35,759 nucleotides of DNA from Deltaproteobacteria bacterium (GTDB taxonomy: Bacteria; Desulfobacterota; Desulfobacteria; Desulfobacterales; C00003060): NCBI GenBank assembly GCA_003647435.1, contig QMMV01000001.1, positions 1 through 35,759 on the forward strand. The letters run 5' to 3'. The notes beneath the pieces were generated by a model, which saw only the letters and a program-made list of their open reading frames with translations, searched no databases and had not been told where the DNA came from. A program made the translations under genes and the position numbers. Positions 27,115 through 33,792 of this stretch are shown one piece after another; positions within the stretch are counted from its first letter, which is position 1; every line of letters starts with the position of its first letter.

Positions 27115-28106
27115 GCTTTTGCCCCGTATTTATCCACGTTTAATTGGCAATGCTTGCGTACTTCTTCGACCCAGCGTTCATACCAATGCCAATGCTTCCC
27201 AGCAACCTTAGTTCCGTAACCTTTCCCTGGTTTTTTTGCATCAAGTTGTTTCCATAATTGAGTGTGGTAGTGCATCGAGAACTTAGGAAAGCCTTCCTTA
27301 CGCATCAGTTCGACAATTTGGCCAGGTAAATACTTTGGTTTTTCCGTTTCTTTGATTACTGTGTATTCAGCATTTATTGTTTCTGCGAGTGAGGAATCGC
27401 TTTTTACAAATTCAATGACTTGGTCTGCTTGTCCTTTTCGGTTAGCCGTTTTGGCTACGAACAACACTCGATAGGCGAACCGGGGACTATTGAATTCCTC
27501 ATCCGTCAACTTGCCCTCAAAGCCATCGATGAATGCCTTGATGTGCGAAGGCATTTTGCTGGGCGACGGCAACGCCGCAACCTGCTCGCGCGAGATAGAT
27601 GAAAACTGAAGGCTGAATGCCAGATGCTTGTCGATGCCAAACTTTTCGCCAAACAGCTTCTTCACGTACTCGTTGTAGTTCAGGCAGCACGCCTGAAACT
27701 TCGCGCTGAGAGAAGAGTCAAGCCGAGACGTCATCTGATGCTCTATTTCATGGCGGATACCGATCAGAAAGCGCAGGTTGTTGGCGGTGTCTTTGTCGAT
27801 CGGGGACTGCTGATCGTTCAGACAACGTTCCAACTCCCAGTGCTTGTGCGCTCCAGACTTTGTCTTGTCGAAAATGCGCCTCTTCGCCCGTTGCTGGTAG
27901 TATCGGTACTCAATGTGGTGCTTTCGATAGTACGCATGGAGAAGGTACGTCCACGCAATGTTCATCAATACAATGAAGATCTCCGACTTGAACGTGATCA
28001 ACGGGTTGTTGAAAATCTGGACCGCAGCTAGAGCCGCCTCACGGGATTTCGTGAGCAGTTCACCTGAAACAGAGTAGATCCGTCTGACTCGTGGGGATTT
28101 AGCCAT
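27111..28106 (-). CDS. DUF3644-like protein embedded in the Type I R-M operon
   Basis: 331 aa. [37 protein letters not shown] resembles the DUF3644 N-terminus (from memory). Stop/start overlaps with both hsdS and hsdR. Markedly lower GC than its neighbours. Confidence 0.65.
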   Translation of the reverse strand: MAKSPRVRRIYSVSGELLTKSREAALAAVQIFNNPLITFKSEIFIVLMNIAWTYLLHAYYRKHHIEYRYYQQRAKRRIFDKTKSGAHKHWELERCLNDQQSPIDKDTANNLRFLIGIRHEIEHQMTSRLDSSLSAKFQACCLNYNEYVKKLFGEKFGIDKHLAFSLQFSSISREQVAALPSPSKMPSHIKAFIDGFEGKLTDEEFNSPRFAYRVLFVAKTANRKGQADQVIEFVKSDSSLAETINAEYTVIKETEKPKYLPGQIVELMRKEGFPKFSMHYHTQLWKQLDAKKPGKGYGTKVAGKHWHWYERWVEEVRKHCQLNVDKYGAKA

Positions 28107-29446
28107 CAGATACACCTCCCGACGATCCGCTCCGCATCCAGCAAACGCAACTCGCCGGAAATGAGCCTGGGAAGAAGAGTGTCGCGGATAGCTGCGAGGG
28201 TACGGGATTGTTCCATCGCAACTCTGATCCGGTGAAAAATGGGCGCCACAATCTTGCTGAACTCATGAAACAACAAAGAGTCGATGTCGGGCGTTGGGAG
28301 AGTATATTTGCCAAGGCTGTCTGCTGGTACGCGTTGCCGCCCGCTCGTACCAGTCATTTGTTGGATGGCGAAAGTCCGGAATCTTTCCGTCCGGGCTAGC
28401 AGGTACGCGAAGACCGGAGGGATCGCCCCGGTTGGCCTAAGCACGATATACTCCGTTGACCCCCAGCCAACTTCCCCTTCTCCAAGGAAGTCGACGAATG
28501 CCGTTTTGCCATTTTCGAGACAGGGGGTGATCCGGGCAACCAACGTATCGCCGTTGATGAACTTCATTCCTGATCCCACCTCCCGCAATACCCATGATTC
28601 GGGAGCTGGCCCCTTCGTCGGCATATCAGCCATGCTGAGGTACGGTGCTAGTGAGCCTTTCGACAATGACCGAGGAGGGTTGATCTGAAAGACTTCGGGT
28701 AACGAACGTACCTCCCACCCCTTCGGAATCTCCCCCAGCTCCGAGTCCACGAAGGCATCGGGGAACAGGTCGGCGATGTGGGGTGCGAGGCCGCCTGCCT
28801 GTGCCGTGCCCGGCACGGCAGACAGGGGGGGCTGTTGGCCTTCTGCCTTGGCGCGGACGGGGTCGAAGTCGACGAACCAGCTCTTGAAGATCGCCCGGGC
28901 CATCGCCTCCAGCGTCTCGTTCATCCGCCGGTTCAACTCGATCTTGTCATCCAGCGCTCCCAGGATGCAAGCAATGGCGCGTTGCTCGGGAAGTGGCGGA
29001 AGATCAACTTCGAGGTGAGTCAAAGCGTTCGTTGGAACACGTTGACGACCGGAGCTTCCGGTCATCTGTGAGATGGCATACTGCCGCACTCCATCCCATC
29101 GCGTGAGATAGTAAGCAAAGTTGTTGTCCGTCACGTCGGGCTTGCCGCGAATGACGATGAACTCCGTCGATCCATGGCCCATTGGCTGGTTGTCGGGTGC
29201 GGCAAAGCGAGCGATCTTGCCGTTTTCCAAGCACGGCGTGATTCGCGCCATTAACGTGTCACCGTTCATGAAGCGTGAGCCGCCGCCCTTGAACTCTCGC
29301 ATCTCGCTGGGTCCAACGCTCCGAGATGCCGGGTCCACTGCCTTCATATCGACGAAAGGATAGACCTCGCCGCGTTCAAGCAGAACGCGTGGGTTGATCT
29401 GGACTGCTTCGTCAAGCGGCATGGTTGTCCACTCGTCATTCGCCAT
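28106..29446 (-). CDS. hsdS: Type I restriction specificity subunit (two TRDs)
   Basis: Duplicated TRD architecture, with [11 protein letters not shown] and [13 protein letters not shown] each present twice. Central and C-terminal conserved helices, ending [12 protein letters not shown]. Confidence 0.93.
   Translation of the reverse strand: MANDEWTTMPLDEAVQINPRVLLERGEVYPFVDMKAVDPASRSVGPSEMREFKGGGSRFMNGDTLMARITPCLENGKIARFAAPDNQPMGHGSTEFIVIRGKPDVTDNNFAYYLTRWDGVRQYAISQMTGSSGRQRVPTNALTHLEVDLPPLPEQRAIACILGALDDKIELNRRMNETLEAMARAIFKSWFVDFDPVRAKAEGQQPPLSAVPGTAQAGGLAPHIADLFPDAFVDSELGEIPKGWEVRSLPEVFQINPPRSLSKGSLAPYLSMADMPTKGPAPESWVLREVGSGMKFINGDTLVARITPCLENGKTAFVDFLGEGEVGWGSTEYIVLRPTGAIPPVFAYLLARTERFRTFAIQQMTGTSGRQRVPADSLGKYTLPTPDIDSLLFHEFSKIVAPIFHRIRVAMEQSRTLAAIRDTLLPRLISGELRLLDAERIVGRCI
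28794..28826 (-). repeat. 33-bp palindromic element, in frame in the hsdS central conserved region
   Basis: CCTGCCTGTGCCGTGCCCGGCACGGCAGACAGG. Encodes [11 protein letters not shown]. Identical to the copy at 31658-31690. Confidence 0.9.
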
Positions 29447-31061
29447 AGCCGATGTCCTCCAGATTGGCCCAGATGATCTGGTCGAGCTTGGCTGACTGCT
29501 CCGTCTGCTCGCGCAGGGCGACGGTCAGGCGGGCCATCTTCTCTTCGAACGGCTCGCCGTCATCTTCCACCTCGGCCGCGCCGACATAGCGGCCGGGGGT
29601 AAGGATGTGGTGGTGTTTACGGATGTCCTCGATAGTCGCGGCCTTACAAAAGCCTGGAATGTCTTCGTACTGCTTGTCACAATCCTTGTCGCCACGCCAG
29701 GCGTGGTAGGTGTCGGCGACCCGGCGGATGTCGTCTTCGGTGAGTTCGCGATGAACCCGGTCGATCATGGTGCCGAGCTTCCGCGCGTCGATGAACAGCG
29801 TCTCGCCGCGCCGGTCGCGGAAACGCCTGCCTGCCGCGCCAGCGGCGCAGGCAGGGCCGTTCTTCTTGTCCCTGGCAATGAACCAGAGGCAGACGGGAAT
29901 CTGCGTCGAATAGAAGAGCTGGCCGGGAAGCGCCACCATGCAGTCCACCAGGTCGGCCTCGATGATGTTCTTGCGGATTTCTCCCTCGCCGGACTGGTTG
30001 GAGGACATCGAGCCGTTGGCCAGAACGAAGCCGGCCAGACCGGTCGGGGCCAGATGGTGGATGAAGTGCTGTACCCAGGCGAAGTTGGCGTTGGATGTTG
30101 GCGGTGTCCCGTACTTCCAGCGCTTATCGTCCTTGAGCAGGTCGCCGCGCCAATCGCTGTCGTTGAAGGGCGGATTGGCGAGGACATAATCGGCTTTGAG
30201 GTCGGGATGCAGGTCGTGATGGAAGCTGTCGGCGTGTTCCTTCCCGAGGTTGTTCTCTATCTGCCGGATGGCGAGGTTCATCTTCGCCAGCCGCCAGGTG
30301 GTATGGTTGGACTCCTGGCCAAAGATGCTGACGTGGGCCTTTGCTTTGCCCCCGTTGCCTGTCTGCGTGCCACGCACAGGCAGGCCGTTGCCTGTCGCAT
30401 GCGCCCTGACGAACTCAACCGATTGGACGAACATGCCGCCGGAACCGCAGCACGGATCGTACACCCGGCCCTTGTAGGGCGCGAGCATTTCAACCAGCAG
30501 GCGGACGACGCAACGAGGCGTGTAGAACTGGCCGCCTTTCTTGCCCTCGGCGCTGGCGAACTGCGACAGGAAGTATTCATACACCCGGCCGAGGATGTCC
30601 TTGGTGCGGTTTTCCTTGTCGCCCAGTCCGATGTTGCCGACAAGGTCGATGAGCTGGCCGAGACGCTGCTTGTCGAGGCGCGGGTGCGCGTAGTCCTTGG
30701 GCAGTACACCCTTGAGCGAAGGGTTGTCGCGCTCGATGGCCAGCATGGCGTCGTCGACGACCTTGCCGATGGTGGGTTGCTTCGCGTTGGCCTTGAGGTG
30801 CGACCAGCGGGCTTGCTTGGGCACCCAGAAGATATTGACGGCCCGGTACTCGTCGGGGTCCTCCGGATCTGCTCCCTGGGCCTGCTCGGCTACGAGCTTG
30901 GCGTGCTGCTCCTCGAAGGCGTCGGAGATGTATTTGAGGAAAATCAGACCGAGTACGACGTGCTTGTACTCGGCGGCGTCCATGTTGGAGCGGAGCGCGT
31001 CGGCGGCCTGCCACAATTCCCGTTCGAAACCGAGGTTGGCTCCGTTGTTGTTCTTGGCCAT
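29436..31061 (-). CDS. hsdM: Type I N6-adenine DNA methyltransferase subunit
   Basis: HsdM N-terminal domain ([32 protein letters not shown]), SAM motif DPCCGSGGM, and catalytic NPPF. The start MAKNNNG at 31061 has a GGAGAGGAG SD; the track start at 31115 overlaps the HTH gene. Confidence 0.95.
   Translation of the reverse strand: MAKNNNGANLGFERELWQAADALRSNMDAAEYKHVVLGLIFLKYISDAFEEQHAKLVAEQAQGADPEDPDEYRAVNIFWVPKQARWSHLKANAKQPTIGKVVDDAMLAIERDNPSLKGVLPKDYAHPRLDKQRLGQLIDLVGNIGLGDKENRTKDILGRVYEYFLSQFASAEGKKGGQFYTPRCVVRLLVEMLAPYKGRVYDPCCGSGGMFVQSVEFVRAHATGNGLPVRGTQTGNGGKAKAHVSIFGQESNHTTWRLAKMNLAIRQIENNLGKEHADSFHHDLHPDLKADYVLANPPFNDSDWRGDLLKDDKRWKYGTPPTSNANFAWVQHFIHHLAPTGLAGFVLANGSMSSNQSGEGEIRKNIIEADLVDCMVALPGQLFYSTQIPVCLWFIARDKKNGPACAAGAAGRRFRDRRGETLFIDARKLGTMIDRVHRELTEDDIRRVADTYHAWRGDKDCDKQYEDIPGFCKAATIEDIRKHHHILTPGRYVGAAEVEDDGEPFEEKMARLTVALREQTEQSAKLDQIIWANLEDIGYGE
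29826..29855 (+). repeat. 30-bp palindromic element, in frame in hsdM
   Basis: CCTGCCTGCCGCGCCAGCGGCGCAGGCAGG. Read on the minus strand it encodes [10 protein letters not shown]. Confidence 0.85.
30358..30384 (+). repeat. 27-bp palindromic element, in frame in hsdM
   Basis: CCTGTCTGCGTGCCACGCACAGGCAGG. It differs from the 8016-8042 copy only in two loop bases. Read on the minus strand it encodes LPVRGTQT. Confidence 0.9.
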
Positions 31062-31062
31062 G

Positions 31063-31305
31063 TCAGATCTCCTCTCCGCCAAAGTATTCCTGTAGAAGGT
31101 CGTTGCCTCGTTCACCCAGGTCCCGGAGCAAGTCCTCGATCTGCTTCAGCGCCAATGGCGACGGCTTGGCGCGGCCGTTCTCCCACCGGTTGATGGTTGG
31201 GTAGGTCACACCGAGCTTGGCCGCGAATTTTTCCTGGGTGAGCCCCGTTCGTTCGCGAAGCTCACGGACTAATCGGGATATGTCAGGCTGGGCATTCAAG
31301 GTCAT
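31063..31305 (-). CDS. XRE-family HTH protein, controller (C-protein)-like, first gene of the R-M operon
   Basis: 80 aa. [29 protein letters not shown] is a classic Cro/C1 HTH. Its stop is 1 nt from the hsdM ATG. Confidence 0.9.
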   Translation of the reverse strand: MTLNAQPDISRLVRELRERTGLTQEKFAAKLGVTYPTINRWENGRAKPSPLALKQIEDLLRDLGERGNDLLQEYFGGEEI

Positions 31306-31366
31306 TCTCCTTTCAGATCCGACAGGGACCTGATCGAAACAAAGTTCATATCACGCGCCCCAACAG

Positions 31367-31401
31367 ATGATATATCATACAATAAAGGGGAGAAATGTCA
31401 A
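31367..31401 (-). promoter_or_regulatory. sigma70-type promoter with overlapping palindromic operator
   Basis: Minus strand reads TTGACA (31401-31396), 16 nt, TATGAT (31379-31374). A perfect 12-bp palindrome ATGATATATCAT (31367-31378) overlaps the -10. An AAGGAGA SD precedes the HTH ATG. Confidence 0.7.
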
Positions 31402-31449
31402 GCGGGATTTCTGTCCGGAAATTCTCTGGGCTGGAAATGACTTATGATT

Positions 31450-31947
31450 TCAGCGCCAGGTCCCGCCGAAAAGCTCCCTGAAACTCCTTATGGAGCGATC
31501 CCCGACCACATAGAGCCAGGCTGGAAGAACGGCTCCACCGGCCCATACCGGGACCAGGACACGGCGGTAAAGGTAGAAACCGCCCGGGTGGAAGCCCTCG
31601 AGGCGGTCGATGGCGGGAAGGCGGGACTCGGGGTCGCCGAAGGTGAGAAGCTCCCCGCCTGCCTGTGCCGTGCCCGGCACGGCAGACAGGTACACAGGGC
31701 CACAGTCGCCCGCTGTGGCGCTTTCCGGGGCTGGCTCGAGGATGGATGCCAGGTCCTCGGCAAAGCGCGCCTGTGCCTGCCTGTGCGTGTCCGCACGCAG
31801 ACAGGTGGCCACGTCGGCGAGCGGGTCGGCGGTGCCGTGGGCCAGGATGTCCGTCTCGGGCACCTCCAGGACGGGGATGCCGGATGGCCGCCCTATCCGT
31901 CGCTTGCGGAGGCATTGCGAGTTCGCCGGTTCTGGCGACACCCACAA
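31450..31947 (-). CDS. gamma-glutamylcyclotransferase (AIG2/GGCT)-like protein with two in-frame palindrome insertions; start uncertain
   Basis: The C-terminal half, ELLTFGDPESRLPAIDRLEGF..YRRVLVPV..PAWLYVV, fits the GGCT family pattern. The N-terminus is atypical. An overlapping plus-strand ORF was judged spurious. Confidence 0.55.
   Translation of the reverse strand: MWVSPEPANSQCLRKRRIGRPSGIPVLEVPETDILAHGTADPLADVATCLRADTHRQAQARFAEDLASILEPAPESATAGDCGPVYLSAVPGTAQAGGELLTFGDPESRLPAIDRLEGFHPGGFYLYRRVLVPVWAGGAVLPAWLYVVGDRSIRSFRELFGGTWR
31658..31690 (-). repeat. 33-bp palindromic element, in frame in the GGCT-like ORF
   Basis: Identical to the 28794-28826 copy. Encodes [11 protein letters not shown] in the same element frame. 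Confidence 0.9.
31776..31805 (-). repeat. 30-bp palindromic element, in frame in the GGCT-like ORF
   Basis: CCTGCCTGTGCGTGTCCGCACGCAGACAGG. Encodes CLRADTHRQ in a different element frame from the 33-bp copies. Confidence 0.85.
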
Positions 31948-32003
31948 CGACCTCCACTCTGCGGCCAGTCTGTTGTCTGGTGACTGACGTTCAGGCCCGG
32001 GCC

Positions 32004-32336
32004 CTATGCCCGGACCGCCTCTTCCACGCTCATGCGGAACGGGAGCCCGTGCTTGATCTCGAGGATCTCCACCGTTTCGTCGCCGAGGCGGCTGAGGTGT
32101 GCGAAGAACTCCACCGCCTGGGCCTTCAGGGCGAAGTCGTCCGACCCGAGCTCACGTCTCGGGCCGTTTTCTCCGCCGAACTTGATCTCGCGCACCACGC
32201 GCGGGGGCGGGTCGAGCACCGGCTCGCCGCCGCGCACGGCCAGCCCCTCGATCCGCCCGAAGTTGATCTCCTACATCAGCTCCAGCAGGCGTCTCCGCGC
32301 AGGAGTGAGGGACGCCTTGGTCGTCACTTCGCTCAT
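32004..32336 (-). pseudogene. small conserved-looking ORF interrupted by an in-frame TAG
   Basis: AAAGGAGG SD, then ATG at 32336 and MSEVTTKASLTPARRRLLELM, then TAG (32273-32271), then EINFGRIEGLAVRGGEPVLDPPPRVVREIKFGGENGPRREL... in the same frame down to 32004. Confidence 0.6.
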
Positions 32337-32369
32337 TCCGGACCTCCTTTCCGCGCCGCACGGCGCGAA

Positions 32370-33424
32370 CTAAAAAGCCCCCCTGGGAGGGAGGTCCGGC
32401 GGGGATTCCTCCCAGGGGGGCAACCACCTGGTCTCCCTTTTCGCTGGCAGGGTGCGGCCCCTGGCTTCGAATGCAGCGAAGACGTCCGAAGCCTTGCGGA
32501 TCTCGATTTCGTTCTCCGATCCGCCCCAGAAGAAATGGATCTCCTTCAGCTTGATCCATTCCATTCCGTCCACGTCCGTGCAGACCAAGGCGGCCGGCCC
32601 ATCGGTCCTCAGCGGCTCGAGCGTGTATTCCCCCGTGCCGGAGAAGAAGTCCTCGCCGCCGAAAAGATGCAGGCCGAATTTCCTGCGGTAAAGGTCCTTC
32701 TCCCACTTCGATGCCGCGTTGATCCGCAGCTCACCAATGGAGGGTTCGTAGACCAGGACGTCGTGTTTCTCCGGCCGGTAGAACACGTTCGTCGACTGGC
32801 CGGCCTCGAGGCTGCCTTCCCGCTTGTAAGGCTCCCCGTGCCGGACAAGAAACCAGATGGCATCTTTCTTCGGGTAGACGAAAACGCGGGAGCCGCGACC
32901 GCGCTTCTTCTTCTCGAACAGATCGTTCAGGTCGTCTTGCAGGGCGACCAGTGTCTTTGCGGTGGGATTCTTGAATGCAGGGACAGGCGAAGTCTCGGTC
33001 TGGAAGTATTCGAAAGAGCGGGGACGGGTCAGGTATTGCTCGGCGTGCTTACGCTCGAGAAGGTCCCTGTCATGGAGCCAGACCTGGACGGCGACATCGG
33101 CGGGCGTAGGGTCGGGGTTGCCGTCCAGGTGATGCCGTTCCGTTCCGCCTCGTGCAGCAGTTCATCCATGCCCTCAGGAGTCGCCATTTCGTGGATGAAG
33201 TACAACGCATCCGCCAATTCCTTGGGCGTGTCGCTGTCCGGAGTCATGAAGACCTGGACGATCCCTTCGTAGTCGAGCCCGTCCGCTTGGCCTGGTGGTG
33301 GCAACGATACGCCTCGGCCGTTGAAGAAGGCTGCGTGAGGTTGCAGGAGAGCGATCAAGTGCTCCTCCGCGATAGCCTTCAAACCATCAGGATGGGAAAA
33401 CCGCCGAAGGTTGTACGTCGCCAT
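32370..33424 (-). pseudogene. hypothetical protein of about 350 aa, split by one frameshift near 33105-33125
   Basis: The N-terminal 100 codons run from 33424. My hand translation shows a second frame open from about 33110 to 32370 (LDGNPDPTPADVAVQVW...FYRPEKHDVLVYEP...). No family recognised. Confidence 0.6.
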
Positions 33425-33478
33425 TTGTCATCCTCCTGAAGTTACCTGCGTTGCATCGCGAAGCAGCATAAGTTAATC

Positions 33479-33769
33479 CTAAGTTATGTCTTCAACACGC
33501 CAGCAGAATGCCTTTACACCCTCCTTGCCCGCGGTTTTACGCAATTGCCTTATTTCCTCCATCAAGAGCCTTGCTTCATCATTTCCAGCGACAACGGCAA
33601 GAGCTGAGTTTTTCGCGGGCCAAACGTGCGTGTTGAGATGGGGACCACTTTGTTGCCCTACACCCGTCACCTCTTCCCAGCGCGTGTAACTTTTCAGGTC
33701 AAGCTTGTCCAGAATCTCCATGATCTCTTCATGGATTGCAATGTTGTGTGCAATGAAAACAAACGTCAT
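33479..33769 (-). CDS. small PII-like, transporter-associated protein (PG0541-like; tentative)
   Basis: 96 aa from MTFVFIAHNIAIHEEIMEILDKL...GPHLNTHVWPAKNSAL...KAFCWRVEDI. Lies immediately downstream of the RND permease. The track start at 33898 overlaps the RND gene and is unlikely. Confidence 0.5.
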   Translation of the reverse strand: MTFVFIAHNIAIHEEIMEILDKLDLKSYTRWEEVTGVGQQSGPHLNTHVWPAKNSALAVVAGNDEARLLMEEIRQLRKTAGKEGVKAFCWRVEDIT

Positions 33770-33792
33770 CGTACTGGCCCTCCCTTGTTGCG

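Noticed and set aside
29607-31193. 528-aa plus-strand ORF antisense to hsdM. Similar long antisense ORFs occur at 31665-33272, 25930-26688, 25102-25713 and 9881-10498.
   Set aside because: They run antisense to genes with clear family motifs and have low-complexity, Arg/Gly/Pro-rich translations typical of shadow ORFs in roughly 60% GC DNA. I recognise no motifs in them.
28794-31805. The palindromic repeats as a CRISPR array.
   Set aside because: The copies are irregularly spaced (hundreds to thousands of bp apart), lie inside coding sequences, occur in both orientations, and no cas genes are present.
31444-31983. 179-aa plus-strand ORF overlapping the GGCT-like gene.
   Set aside because: The minus-strand frame carries the recognisable GGCT C-terminal pattern (DRLEGF..YRR..AWLYVV), whereas the plus-strand translation has no motifs.
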